From: an uncultured bacterium
GTDB taxonomy: Bacteria > Patescibacteriota > Patescibacteriia > JAXHNJ01
DNA: 42,351 nt
Direction: 5' to 3'
Assembly (NCBI GenBank): GCA_965370265.1
Contig: CBDUSL010000001.1
Coordinates: 1-42,351 of the forward strand
Under the pieces are notes generated by a model. It ran no database searches and was not told the origin of the DNA. It was given only the letters and a program-made list of their open reading frames with translations. The position numbers and the translations under genes were made by a program. How positions within the stretch are numbered: position 1 is the first letter of the stretch; each line of letters opens with the position of its first letter. Below, one piece after another: positions 1 through 10,015 of the stretch.

Positions 1-47
1 TAATATAGCTCTTTTAAGGTGTCAAGGGTATTTTAACCTATTTATAT

Positions 48-79
48 AATAAAATAAGGGCGTACGTGAATACACCCCT
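48..79 (-). terminator. putative intrinsic terminator downstream of the 102..452 gene
   Basis: Minus-strand RNA forms GGGUGUA / UACGCCC (one G-U pair) around a UUCACG loop, followed by UUAUUUUAUU. Confidence 0.45.
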
Positions 80-101
80 ATGGTTTGTTTCTTTAACTTA
101 C

Positions 102-452
102 TTATAGTTCCGTTACTTTATATAAAATCTTAAAGGTCTGTAAGTAATTAAAGATAACTAATAAAAAAGCAATTAAGCCGCCAAAAAGGGCCCCATAAAA
201 CATTCCCAGGTATAAACCCCTTACTTCTGTCTCAAATTTTGGTCTTCTTCTGGTGATTTTTTCACCAATAATTAAAACCGCAAATATAGAAACAAAAAGT
301 AAGATCATTGAAAGTACCATAAGTAATCCCAATCCATTAATCGAGCTTATAAATTCTCCAAAATCCACGTTTCCCCTTTTATTAAAGAAAAAAAAGATCG
401 TCTTAAAATGAGCATGAACAAACATACTACTACTTAGGATAAAATGTGTCAA
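102..452 (-). CDS. hypothetical small membrane protein (116 aa)
   Basis: ORF with two clear hydrophobic helices (LGLLMVLSMILLFVSIFAVLIIG, GALFGGLIAFLLVIF). No family recognised and the true start is uncertain. Confidence 0.45.
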   Translation of the reverse strand: MTHFILSSSMFVHAHFKTIFFFFNKRGNVDFGEFISSINGLGLLMVLSMILLFVSIFAVLIIGEKITRRRPKFETEVRGLYLGMFYGALFGGLIAFLLVIFNYLQTFKILYKVTEL

Positions 453-473
453 TACAAGTCTTTATATTTAGTG

Positions 474-508
474 TCGCAAAATAAAAAGACTGAAATGAAT
501 CAGTCTTT
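474..508 (-). terminator. putative intrinsic terminator after the 529..777 gene
   Basis: Minus-strand stem AAAGACUGA / UCAGUCUUU (9 bp, 6-nt loop) followed by UUAUUUUG. Confidence 0.6.
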
Positions 509-528
509 TAAGGGACGGGCTTTTGTAT

Positions 529-777
529 TTATTTACCCAGAGCGTAAGCTATTATTAGCATAACGCTAAATATTATGGCAATGGTTCGGTTTTTTTTGTA
601 TTTGAGGTTGTACGTACGATAAGGTTCGCAATTACCTTTACTTTTAAAATTATTTTTATTGGCTCTGAATATTACGGCTCTCGTGTAAAAAATCGTTCCA
701 ATAATAATAAAAATTACCTCAAGATAAAAAATAAACATTTCCTTATTCACAATCCCCTCTTTATTATTAAAGGTCAA
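529..777 (-). CDS. hypothetical small membrane protein (82 aa)
   Basis: ORF with N- and C-terminal hydrophobic helices. No family recognised. Confidence 0.4.
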   Translation of the reverse strand: MTFNNKEGIVNKEMFIFYLEVIFIIIGTIFYTRAVIFRANKNNFKSKGNCEPYRTYNLKYKKNRTIAIIFSVMLIIAYALGK

Positions 778-801
778 TACTATTATTATATAAAGATTTT
801 A

Positions 802-1722
802 TCAAACAACAATATTTTGGTCAATTTTTTCTTGTATTTGTATTTTGTTGGGAATTTTTCTTGTGATAATTAAAATTAAATTCGCCACAGTAATTACGGT
901 TATTAAATAGATAATTACGGCTAAAAAAGAATTAAATCCGATACTTTTTAAATATTTAATCATAAATAAAAATGGATGATGTAGTAAAAAAAGCGGGAAG
1001 GAAAGAGCGGCCGTGTACGATAAAATTTTTGTTATTGTTTTATTTTTAATAATTGACCAAAAAGACCTTTTTATGTTGTTGGCTAAATATATGCCCAAGC
1101 TGAATTCAAAGATATAAAATAATGGAAATGCCGAAAAAAATCTGTTCAAGGAGGGAAAAATATTACTTGATATTATACGGAGTATAAAGATGATAAATAG
1201 TATAATAAATATCACCGTATGATTATGACGAGTAATTTTTTTTGAAAGTAACGGGAAAAATGCATAAAGCAAAACAATTAAACCAATAAACCACCCTGTG
1301 GCAATAAATGGTCCGCCCGCTCGTAATATATAATTACAAAAACCAAGTATCGAACAGACTATATCATGGGATCCAGAAAAAGGAATATAGTAGTATCCTA
1401 AACTTAGAATGTATTTTGGAACAGAGAAATAAACAATTACGCCCACCAAAAGACAGGGAATATAAGTGGAATAAATTCTAACTAACCTTCTAGAAATAAA
1501 TTTTAAATATTTGTATTTGGTTTGTCCATACTTAAGCTGTAAGATTAGCCCCGAGATAATCACAAAGAGAGTAACGGCTAGATTGCCCAAGTTCATAAAA
1601 TAAAAATTACCTATTCTAAAAAAAGGCTCAATTATTTGAGGGCCAAATTCAGTGGCAATATGATAAATTAACAAAATTACCAGGGCAATAATGCGAAATA
1701 AATCAATTAAAGTAAATCGCAT
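802..1722 (-). CDS. acyltransferase family 3 (OafA/YrhL-like integral membrane acyltransferase)
   Basis: 306 aa polytopic membrane protein. The N-terminus IDLFRIIALVILLIYHI carries the conserved early His typical of acyltransferase_3. Confidence 0.65.
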   Translation of the reverse strand: MRFTLIDLFRIIALVILLIYHIATEFGPQIIEPFFRIGNFYFMNLGNLAVTLFVIISGLILQLKYGQTKYKYLKFISRRLVRIYSTYIPCLLVGVIVYFSVPKYILSLGYYYIPFSGSHDIVCSILGFCNYILRAGGPFIATGWFIGLIVLLYAFFPLLSKKITRHNHTVIFIILFIIFILRIISSNIFPSLNRFFSAFPLFYIFEFSLGIYLANNIKRSFWSIIKNKTITKILSYTAALSFPLFLLHHPFLFMIKYLKSIGFNSFLAVIIYLITVITVANLILIITRKIPNKIQIQEKIDQNIVV

Positions 1723-1725
1723 AGT

Positions 1726-2094
1726 TTACTTATTTTTAGATTCGTAGTTTTCAATCGCTTTAAGAAGGGCATCAGCGGCTAAGTTTGAACAATGCATTTT
1801 TATCGGAGGTAGACCGCCCAACTCATTAGCCACATCATTGCGACTTATTTTTTTTGCTTCTTTAATAGTTTTGCCCTTAGCCAAATCGGTAATCATGGAA
1901 GAAGTGGCTATAGCTGCTCCGCAGCCCAGTGTTTCAAATTTTATATCCTGAATTATATCGTTGTTAACTTTAATATATATTTTCATAATATCACCGCAAG
2001 TAGGATTTCCCACCTCTCCCACTCCATCCGGGTTATCCATCTGGCCTAGATTATGAGGGTGCTGAAAATGGTCTAAAACTTTATCGTTATACAT
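1726..2094 (-). CDS. iscU: IscU/NifU-type Fe-S cluster scaffold protein
   Basis: Motifs NPTCGD, LGCGAAIATSS and HCSNLA with IscU-like Cys spacing. The start was moved to the internal Met (MYNDKVLDHF, ATG at 2094) because the longer ORF to 2217 overlaps the permease gene. Confidence 0.85.
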   Translation of the reverse strand: MYNDKVLDHFQHPHNLGQMDNPDGVGEVGNPTCGDIMKIYIKVNNDIIQDIKFETLGCGAAIATSSMITDLAKGKTIKEAKKISRNDVANELGGLPPIKMHCSNLAADALLKAIENYESKNK

Positions 2095-2123
2095 ATATTT
2101 ATTTATTAATTTATAAGGTTTTA

Positions 2124-3401
2124 TTATACTAGGTTCTGCCAAAAAATCCAACCAAATAACCAGGAAGCGGCAATGGCGGAAATTGTAAAAGGCAATCCAA
2201 TTTTTACAAATTGCCAAAAAGTTATTATTTCACCTGCTTTTTTCTTAGCCATACCAACAGCCACGATATTAGCGGAAGCACCAATAGGAGTAATATTGCC
2301 CCCTACGGAAGCGCCAAGAAGAAGGGCAAAGTAAAATAAATAGGGAGCAACACCAATGTGAGCGGCCAAACCGGCAGTGACCGGTAGCATCATAAGAATA
2401 TAGGGAACATTATCAATAACGGCGCTGGCTATAACTGAAAACCAAAGAATAAGGGAATAGGTATAAAAAATATTATCGCCTGTAAGATTTTTCATGAAGT
2501 CTGTAAGAGCATCTATAATTCCGCCAGGGCCAAGACTGCCGACAATAATAAAAATACAAAAAAGAAAAAAAGTGGTGTTCCAATCGAGCGGTTTTAATAA
2601 ACCGGGGATGGAATGATGACCCTCTTTAAGTAATTTCCAAATAATACCAATTAGGGCGAAAATTAAAGTAATAATTCCGGTAAGATAGTGGTATTCCTGG
2701 CCAAAAATTGAGGCAAAGGCCAGGGCAACAATAAGTAGAAAAATTAACCAGGTGGGAATCCAGGATTTTACATTAACCTTTTCTAACTCCCCTACTCCGC
2801 GTGTGTGTTTTCTAAAAATATAGTAAAGAACGAATATTGAAACTATCGCGCCAACTTGGACGGCGAAAAAGATGCCCGGACTGCCGTTAAACCAGAAAAA
2901 ATCATTAAAGGTCATTTTGGCATAACCGGCTAAAATCATACTTGGTGGGTCGCCGACTAAAGTAGCTGTTCCCTGAAGATTGGAACAAATAGCGATTCCG
3001 ATCAAGAATGGGGTAACCCGAATCCGCAGATGCCTGGCTAAAGTAATGGCAATTGGGGCAATTATCAAAACAGTGGCTACATTTTCGACAAAAGCGGAGA
3101 TAATACTGGTTAGGGCGCAGATAAAAATAAAAGCAAGGGCGGTAGTTTTTGCTTTTGAAGCCAGGTTTCTGGCCAAATAAGCGGGTACTCTCGAGTCAAT
3201 GAACATATCCGCCAAAATAAGCATGCCCACAAAAATTGACAGCACATTCCAGTTAATAAAACTAAAAGCCTGGTCTAAACTAATCGTTCTTGTGAAAATT
3301 AAAAGTCCTGAAGATACCCCGACAATCCAAAGCTTGTTAACTTTTCCGGATATCAGGAAGATATATGTAAGTATAAAAACGCCTAATATAAAGTAATTCA
3401 T
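2124..3401 (-). CDS. ArsB/NhaD/CitMHS-superfamily anion permease
   Basis: 425 aa polytopic protein with the typical ion-transporter-superfamily layout. The SAFVENVATVLIIAPI and GDPPSMIL-like segments fit this family. Confidence 0.65.
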   Translation of the reverse strand: MNYFILGVFILTYIFLISGKVNKLWIVGVSSGLLIFTRTISLDQAFSFINWNVLSIFVGMLILADMFIDSRVPAYLARNLASKAKTTALAFIFICALTSIISAFVENVATVLIIAPIAITLARHLRIRVTPFLIGIAICSNLQGTATLVGDPPSMILAGYAKMTFNDFFWFNGSPGIFFAVQVGAIVSIFVLYYIFRKHTRGVGELEKVNVKSWIPTWLIFLLIVALAFASIFGQEYHYLTGIITLIFALIGIIWKLLKEGHHSIPGLLKPLDWNTTFFLFCIFIIVGSLGPGGIIDALTDFMKNLTGDNIFYTYSLILWFSVIASAVIDNVPYILMMLPVTAGLAAHIGVAPYLFYFALLLGASVGGNITPIGASANIVAVGMAKKKAGEIITFWQFVKIGLPFTISAIAASWLFGWIFWQNLV

Positions 3402-4411
3402 TTGTAATAAACCTTGTTTTCAAAGCGAAGATCAATATATTCAAGACCCTCGGTTTTGCCTTTTAAAGTGGTTTTTAAAATTAAATCTAGTGAGGATATC
3501 TGATTTTCTATATCCTGGCTAATATCAAGGTAAATAAGGTATTCCTGGTTTGTTTTGACATTCAAGCGGCTTGATTTTAGTAGTAATTCTTTTTTATTGC
3601 ATTCCGGTATAGCTGTGTTTACGTTTTTGTTTGATGAGTCAATGTTTTTATTTTCATTCGAATTTACATTTTCGTTTTCGTCTGACTCTAATTCTTTATC
3701 TTCTTTAATAATAACTTCTTCCAAACACTCAATTTCAGCCGTCTGAAATCCAGAAACATCCACGCCAATATTATTTAGTTTATTAGTTATTTCTTGTAAA
3801 ACAGAAACTATATCGGCTGAAATAACTTGTTCTGGAGGAGTGATCAGAAAACCGTTTACATCTTCGATCAAGGGGTAATTATGATCAACTTCTTCCTCTA
3901 CAACAGACTTGGCCACAAGACCTCCTTTATCAATATAATAATATCGTCGCCCGTTATACCAAGTAACAGAAGGAATAATTTCCTTTAAATAAACTTTAAT
4001 TGTTCTGGGAAATTTCTTTTTTAAGCTAAATTCTTCTAAACCGATTGTTTCCTGGATTTTGTTTTTTACTTCTTTTTCTACTTTATTCCCATCTATCATG
4101 AAATAATTTTTTTGTTTGAAAAAAACAAACCTTGAAACATTTATTTCTTCAGTAACAAATGTTTTTATATCTTCATTGGAAATTTTAGTGGCTCCGGTTA
4201 CTTCTATAAAGTTAAATTGAAAAATCTCAGAAAAGAAAAAAAGATATCCCAGTCCAAAAACTATAAGAATGATCAGCCCATAGTGTATTTTTAAAGTCCT
4301 AAATAATATATCGGAAAAATTTTCTTTGGAAAAAAAGGGGTTTTTATATTCTTTTTGGGCGCGAAGAGGCTTGGGTATTGTTCTTCTTTTGCGAAATGGG
4401 TTTATTTTCAT
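3398..4411 (-). CDS. ftsQ: FtsQ/DivIB-like cell division protein (POTRA domain)
   Basis: N-terminal TM helix followed by a POTRA-like IEVTGATKISNEDIKTFV segment. It sits directly downstream of ddl as in dcw clusters and carries an N/E/K-rich low-complexity insert. Confidence 0.65.
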   Translation of the reverse strand: MKINPFRKRRTIPKPLRAQKEYKNPFFSKENFSDILFRTLKIHYGLIILIVFGLGYLFFFSEIFQFNFIEVTGATKISNEDIKTFVTEEINVSRFVFFKQKNYFMIDGNKVEKEVKNKIQETIGLEEFSLKKKFPRTIKVYLKEIIPSVTWYNGRRYYYIDKGGLVAKSVVEEEVDHNYPLIEDVNGFLITPPEQVISADIVSVLQEITNKLNNIGVDVSGFQTAEIECLEEVIIKEDKELESDENENVNSNENKNIDSSNKNVNTAIPECNKKELLLKSSRLNVKTNQEYLIYLDISQDIENQISSLDLILKTTLKGKTEGLEYIDLRFENKVYYK

Positions 4412-4414
4412 ATT

Positions 4415-5524
4415 TTAACGAAACCATTCAGACTTTAATTTAAAATTTGTTTGTAAATTTTTCTTTTTTTTACTTTTCAAAAAAGCCAATTCAATTAATT
4501 TATCCAGCAACTTGGAGTATGAAAGGCCGGAGGCAATCCAGAGTCTGGGGTACATTGATATAGAGGTAAAACCGGGAATGGTATTAAGTTCATTTAAATA
4601 AATATTATTACCCTTGATCAGAAAATCAGCTCGTGCCATACCCAGACAATTAATGGCTGTAAATGCTTCTTTGGCGTATTTTATTATCTTCTTTAGAACA
4701 GTTTTCTTAATTTTCGGATTAATTAATGTCTTTGATTTTCCATCGACATACTTGGCGTTATAATCATAAAATTCATTGGAGGAAAGAATTTCTCCGGGGA
4801 CGCTAACTTTTGGATTTTCATTGCCTAGTAGGGCAATTTCTATTTCTCTTGAGTTTTCTATGCTTTTTTCAACAATAACCTTATGGTCGTATTTTAAGGC
4901 TAAAACAAGGGCTTTTTTAAGGTCATTTACCTTATAAACCTTTGATATTCCGATCGAAGAGCCCAAATTGGCCGGTTTTATAAAACAAGGAAAACCTATT
5001 TCTTTTTTGATATTATTGATAATTTTCCGGCTATTTTTTTTCCACTGGAAAGAGCTAAAATAGATAAATTTGGGGGTGGGAATACCCGAGTTATTATATA
5101 TTTGTTTTTGAAAAACTTTGTCCATTCCCAAGACTGAACCGACTACACCGGCGCCTACATAAGGTATGCCTGTCATTTCCAGCATACCCTGAATCGTACC
5201 GTCTTCTCCATAAGGCCCGTGCAAGACCGGGAAGAAAACATCAATTTTTTTAACAGAAATACTCTTTGTTTTTTTAATAACCAATCCCCTGCTTCTAAAA
5301 TCGGTAGGCGGTAATACATGTTGAACTTCTGCCTTTTTATCGCCTTTCAAGAATTTTAAAGGGGAGCCGGTAATCCATTGCCCTTCTTTAGTAATTCCAA
5401 TGGGAATAACGCGGTATTTTTTCCGATCCAAAAATTTTATTACCGAGGCGACCGAAACCAAAGAAACTTCATGTTCAGCTGAACATCCACCAAATAAGAC
5501 TCCAATATTAAATTTTTTAGACAT
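4415..5524 (-). CDS. ddl: D-alanine--D-alanine ligase
   Basis: N-terminus GVLFGGCSAEHEVSLVS, segment HGPYGEDGTIQG, and ATP-grasp C-terminus LNELNTIPGFT. Confidence 0.9.
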   Translation of the reverse strand: MSKKFNIGVLFGGCSAEHEVSLVSVASVIKFLDRKKYRVIPIGITKEGQWITGSPLKFLKGDKKAEVQHVLPPTDFRSRGLVIKKTKSISVKKIDVFFPVLHGPYGEDGTIQGMLEMTGIPYVGAGVVGSVLGMDKVFQKQIYNNSGIPTPKFIYFSSFQWKKNSRKIINNIKKEIGFPCFIKPANLGSSIGISKVYKVNDLKKALVLALKYDHKVIVEKSIENSREIEIALLGNENPKVSVPGEILSSNEFYDYNAKYVDGKSKTLINPKIKKTVLKKIIKYAKEAFTAINCLGMARADFLIKGNNIYLNELNTIPGFTSISMYPRLWIASGLSYSKLLDKLIELAFLKSKKKKNLQTNFKLKSEWFR

Positions 5525-6644
5525 ATATTCTGGGAATTAAAGGATTAATTCGGGTGGTTATTTCATAGTTAATCGTATTGATATTTTCGGCTAAATCCTC
5601 GGCCGAAATACACGATTTATTTTGCCGGCCGATAATAGTGACAATATCACCAGTTTTTACACCCTTGATTTTAGAAACATCAACCATATGCATGTTCATA
5701 CAAACTCGGCCGACAACGGGACATTTTTTATCTTTTATGAGTACAAAATTTTTGTTCGAGAGTTTTCGGTCGTATCCCTCCCAATAACCAACCGGTATAA
5801 CCGCTATTTTGATCTTTCTTTTGGCTTTATAACTTATTCCATAGCCTATCCCCTCCCCTTTATTTACTTCCTTGACCTGAATTATTTTTGCTTTCCATGA
5901 TAACACGGGTATTAATTTAATTTTGTGGGCAAATTTTTTCCTGGTGGCACGGGAAGGCCATAAACCGTAAAGAGATAATCCAAGTCTAATTAAATCAAAA
6001 TGAGTTTTTTTTGAAGAGGCGGCCGCCGAACAGGCAATATGTTTTAAGGGAATTTCAATTCCTCTTACTTTTAATTCTTGTATTATATTATTAAATGATT
6101 TAATCTGTTTATTGGTAAAAGACCAATTCTTGTTTTCCGAATCTGCTAAATGGGCAAAAAGTCCCTTCAATTTAATATTTTTTAATTTATTTATTTTTTC
6201 AACTAGGGCAATAATATTTTTTGGTTTAATCCCCAGTCTATTGGTGCCAACATCAACTTTGAGATGGATAATCACCTTCACCCCTAATTTTTTTCCTTTT
6301 TCATTTAATTCCCGGGCAAATTTTAATGAATAGACCGAAAAATCAATCTTATTTTTAATGCCCAAAATCAGATCCTCATCAGCATAACTTAAAACCAGAA
6401 TTGGCTTTTTTATGCCTGAATCCCGTAAAATCAATGCTTCTGTTAAATTAACCACTCCAAAGCCCCAAATAGGCTTATTTTGGAGTAATTTAGCGCATGT
6501 ACCCATTCCATGGCCATAAGCATTGGATTTCAAAATAGGGCAAATTTTAGCCCTTTTGCTTGCGTATTTTATAAACTGATTTAAGTTATGTAAAAGGGCT
6601 GATTTTGATATTTCAACCCAAGTTGAGTAATATTCACTCATCAA
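5517..6644 (-). CDS. alr: alanine racemase
   Basis: PLP-lysine motif ILKSNAYGHG, plus VCMNMHMVDV and YEITTRI near the C-terminus. Confidence 0.9.
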   Translation of the reverse strand: MMSEYYSTWVEISKSALLHNLNQFIKYASKRAKICPILKSNAYGHGMGTCAKLLQNKPIWGFGVVNLTEALILRDSGIKKPILVLSYADEDLILGIKNKIDFSVYSLKFARELNEKGKKLGVKVIIHLKVDVGTNRLGIKPKNIIALVEKINKLKNIKLKGLFAHLADSENKNWSFTNKQIKSFNNIIQELKVRGIEIPLKHIACSAAASSKKTHFDLIRLGLSLYGLWPSRATRKKFAHKIKLIPVLSWKAKIIQVKEVNKGEGIGYGISYKAKRKIKIAVIPVGYWEGYDRKLSNKNFVLIKDKKCPVVGRVCMNMHMVDVSKIKGVKTGDIVTIIGRQNKSCISAEDLAENINTINYEITTRINPLIPRIYV

Positions 6645-6651
6645 TTAATTT

Positions 6652-7896
6652 TTATTTTATTTCTTTGAATCGACAATATTTTTGCAGAACCTCTGGTACT
6701 ATAATAGTTCCCTCTTTGGTCTGGTAATTCTCAATTATGGCGATCAAAGTTCTGCCCATCGCAAAAGCGGTGCCATTGAGAGTGTGGATATATTCATTTT
6801 TATTATCTTTATTTTTGAATTTAATGCCAAGTCTTCTGGATTGAAAATCAGTGCAATTTGAGTGAGAATGAGTTTCCCGGTACACGTTTTGTCCGGGCAT
6901 CCAGCACTCAATATCAAAAGTTCTTGCCGAAGGAAAAGATAAATCACCAGAACACATCTTAACAATCCGGTAAGGTATGTTGAGCTCTTCAACCATTTTT
7001 TCGGCGGTTGCTAAAATAAACTCCTGTTCTTTATCACTTTCATCCGGATGGGAAAAACTGACCATTTCCATCTTGTCAAACTGATGTACACGCAAAATAC
7101 CTTTAGTATCTTTACCGTATGATCCAGCTTCTCTCCTAAAAGCCGGGGTGTAAGCCATATATCTTTTGGGCAAATCTTTATGCTTTAGGGTTTCGCCTGC
7201 GTGAAGAGGAATAAGAGATTGTTCAGCCGTGCCGACAAGGTATAACTTATCTTCGGCAAGATGGTATTTATCTTTTTCATCTAATCCTTCAGTGTAACCG
7301 AGGCCTTTCATTATCTCCTCTTTTATCATTAAGGGAGGGATAATAGGAACAAATTCTTTTTCAAGAAGAAAATTATAAGAGTACAGCATTAAAGCATATT
7401 GAAGCTCAGCTAATTGACCTTTCAAGTAATTGAATCGGGCGCCCGAGACTTTTGCCCCGGCCTTCATATCGATTAAGTCAAGTTTTTCCGCCAATAAAAG
7501 ATACTCCTTAGCTTCAAAATCAAATTTGGTTTTTTTTCCGTGAACGGATATCACCTTATTTTCTGATTCATCTTTACCTTTTTTAACATCATCCGCCGGA
7601 AGATTCGGCAGGGAAAAAAGTATCTTTTCCCGCTCTTCACTATATTGCTTTAAACCCATTTCCAGAGTTTTGAGAGTCCCCTTTTTATGTTTTAGATTCC
7701 TAATTTCGTTTTCTGATGGTCTTTGTTTAGAATCATTTTTTTTGTCATGTCTTAAAACCTCAATTCGCTGCTGGAATTTTTTTACTTTTACATCCACTTC
7801 CAATAAACTATCAATTTGTTTGCTATCGATATTTTTTTTACCAAGAGCTTTTTTTACTTCTTTGGTATTTTTTCTTATGTAATTTATATCTAACAT
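6652..7896 (-). CDS. serS: seryl-tRNA synthetase
   Basis: N-terminus MLDINYIR, a coiled-coil arm, class II motifs FRREAGS..GILRVHQF, and LNGTAFAMGRTLIAIIENYQ. Confidence 0.95.
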   Translation of the reverse strand: MLDINYIRKNTKEVKKALGKKNIDSKQIDSLLEVDVKVKKFQQRIEVLRHDKKNDSKQRPSENEIRNLKHKKGTLKTLEMGLKQYSEEREKILFSLPNLPADDVKKGKDESENKVISVHGKKTKFDFEAKEYLLLAEKLDLIDMKAGAKVSGARFNYLKGQLAELQYALMLYSYNFLLEKEFVPIIPPLMIKEEIMKGLGYTEGLDEKDKYHLAEDKLYLVGTAEQSLIPLHAGETLKHKDLPKRYMAYTPAFRREAGSYGKDTKGILRVHQFDKMEMVSFSHPDESDKEQEFILATAEKMVEELNIPYRIVKMCSGDLSFPSARTFDIECWMPGQNVYRETHSHSNCTDFQSRRLGIKFKNKDNKNEYIHTLNGTAFAMGRTLIAIIENYQTKEGTIIVPEVLQKYCRFKEIK

Positions 7897-7902
7897 ATTT
7901 TT

Positions 7903-8454
7903 TTAGAGTCCTATTTCGGAAGCAACTTCCTGCATTGCTTTTAGACTAATTTCTGTGAACTCGTCCAATCTAAGCCCAAAATCACGACAGGAACTGATTG
8001 TTTCTCTACTTGCCCCTTTAGCAAAAGTTTTTTCTTTGAATCTTCTTAAAACGGATTCTCTACTTAGAGAAGAAAGTTTTTTATCGGGTAAAACCAAGGC
8101 AGATGCGACAATTAAACCAGTTATTGGATCAACACTGTAAAGAGCTTTATCTAATTTTGTTTTTCTCGGCAGGCCGTGATAATCATTATGAAGCTTTACT
8201 GCTTGGACGATATCATTTTCAAGACCCAAACTTTTGAGTTCGGATGAACCAATAAGACTATGTTTTTCCGGAATATCCTTTGTTTCTTCATAATCAATAT
8301 CATGAAGCAGTCCGGCCAAACCCCATTTCTCTACATCTTCCCCAAATTTTTGGGCTAATCTCCTCATCACCGCCTCAACAGCGAGAGAATGATTGATAAG
8401 ATTCTTAGTTTTAATTTTATTTTTTATGAGCGTAAAAGCTTCACTTCTTTCCAT
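7903..8454 (-). CDS. HD/HDIG-domain metal-dependent phosphohydrolase
   Basis: H..(A)..GLLHDIDYE HD motif in a 183 aa protein. Confidence 0.7.
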   Translation of the reverse strand: MERSEAFTLIKNKIKTKNLINHSLAVEAVMRRLAQKFGEDVEKWGLAGLLHDIDYEETKDIPEKHSLIGSSELKSLGLENDIVQAVKLHNDYHGLPRKTKLDKALYSVDPITGLIVASALVLPDKKLSSLSRESVLRRFKEKTFAKGASRETISSCRDFGLRLDEFTEISLKAMQEVASEIGL

Positions 8455-9922
8455 CTTTTGGTTTTAAAGTAGGAAATAAAATAACTTCTTTAATATTATA
8501 TAGATCAGTCAGAAGAGCGGTTAAGCGATCAATCCCCATACCAAAACCGGCGGTAGGCGGCATTCCGTAAGACAGGGCTTCGATAAACTCCCAGTCTATT
8601 CTTTGGGCTTCTTGATCCCCCTTTTTACGCAGTTCTTCCTGGGCTTCAAAGCGCGATTTTTGGTCCATGGGATCATTTAATTCGCTAAAAGCGTTAATCA
8701 ATTCAGTACCACCCGCTACTAATTGAAAGCGTTCTGTATAATCCGGATTATCTTCCTTAATTTTACTAAGGGGAGATAATTCAATGGGATAATCGGTCAC
8801 AAAAGTAGGAGCTATTAAATTAGGTCGGATTACTTTTTTGAATAAGTCGTCCAAAACAGCCGCTTTATGGAGGCCAGTTTCAAGTTTTAAACCCGTTTTT
8901 TTGGCCGCTTTTAACAGTTCTTTCTCATTTTTGCATTTATCCAAATTAATCTTAGCGTATTTTTCCAAGGCATTTTTAAAAGTTATTCTTTCATAAGGCG
9001 GGTTAAAATCAATTTTTCGGCCCTGATATTCAATTATTAAATTAAGATCAAGTTTTTTTATAATATAGGTAATTAGTTTTTCCGTAAACTTCATTAATTT
9101 TTCGTAATCGGCATAAGCCCAATAGAATTCAATCTCGGTAAATTCAGGATTATGAGCGTGGTCAATGCCTTCATTTCTAAAACAGCGTGATATTTCATAT
9201 ACCTTTTCAAATCCGCCGATAATTAGTCTTTTTAAAAAAAGTTCCGGGGCTATTCGTAAAAATAGATCAATATTTAAAGCGTTATGATGAGTAGAAAAAG
9301 GTTTAGCATTGGCTCCCCCGGGTATAGACTGCAAGATAGGGGTATCTACCTCCAAAAAATTATTTTGGTCTAAAAATTCTCTAATCGCTGAAATGATAAC
9401 ACTTCGTTTTTTGAAAATTAACCTTATTTCCGGGTTGGCGATAAGATCAAGATATCTTTTTCTGAACCGTATTTCTGTATCCGAAAGTCCGTGCCATTTT
9501 TCCGGCATAGGGTAAAGAGATTTAGACAGAATTTTAAACTTAGAAACTTTAATAGTAATTTCACCTTTTTTTGTTTTGAATAACACTCCGCTAATTTCAA
9601 TAAAATCACCAATATCAAAATTGTCAGTAAATATTTTGTACTGATCTTTACCGATTAAGTCTTTTTTTAAATATATTTGTATTTGGTCGGTGCCATCTTC
9701 AATGTTAGCAAAAAGTGAACCGCCATGACCTCGTATGCTTTTTAAACGGCCAACCCCGATTACCTCTTGATCGCTCTTTGATAAATTCTCAAAATCAATT
9801 AACAACTTCTTGATTGAATGGGTTCTATCAGAACAGCTGGGGTATGGATTAAAGCCTAATTTTCTCAGGTTCTCGAGCTTTTTCTTTCTGACCAAATACT
9901 GATCTAACTCTTTATTTTCCAT
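8441..9922 (-). CDS. lysS: lysyl-tRNA synthetase (class II)
   Basis: OB-fold N-domain, motifs FRNEGID..HNPEFT, and GGFGMGIDRLTALL at the C-terminus. Confidence 0.95.
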   Translation of the reverse strand: MENKELDQYLVRKKKLENLRKLGFNPYPSCSDRTHSIKKLLIDFENLSKSDQEVIGVGRLKSIRGHGGSLFANIEDGTDQIQIYLKKDLIGKDQYKIFTDNFDIGDFIEISGVLFKTKKGEITIKVSKFKILSKSLYPMPEKWHGLSDTEIRFRKRYLDLIANPEIRLIFKKRSVIISAIREFLDQNNFLEVDTPILQSIPGGANAKPFSTHHNALNIDLFLRIAPELFLKRLIIGGFEKVYEISRCFRNEGIDHAHNPEFTEIEFYWAYADYEKLMKFTEKLITYIIKKLDLNLIIEYQGRKIDFNPPYERITFKNALEKYAKINLDKCKNEKELLKAAKKTGLKLETGLHKAAVLDDLFKKVIRPNLIAPTFVTDYPIELSPLSKIKEDNPDYTERFQLVAGGTELINAFSELNDPMDQKSRFEAQEELRKKGDQEAQRIDWEFIEALSYGMPPTAGFGMGIDRLTALLTDLYNIKEVILFPTLKPKDGKK

Positions 9923-9971
9923 GTTTAATAAATTTTATTTAACGCAATTATAACATATTTTGGAGTTTTTA

Positions 9972-9996
9972 ACAAATAAAAAACCAGTTAGCTGGT
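9972..9996 (-). terminator. putative intrinsic terminator after greA
   Basis: Minus strand ACCAG-CUAA-CUGGU followed by UUUUUAUUUGU. The stem is short. Confidence 0.5.
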
Positions 9997-10015
9997 AACT
10001 AGTTTTTAACCCTTT

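Noticed and set aside
1726-2217. Long 163-aa version of the IscU ORF overlapping the permease gene by 94 nt.
   Set aside because: The 41-residue N-terminal extension has no IscU homology, whereas the internal Met gives the canonical MYNDKVLDHF start. The extension is read from the antisense of the permease 3' end.
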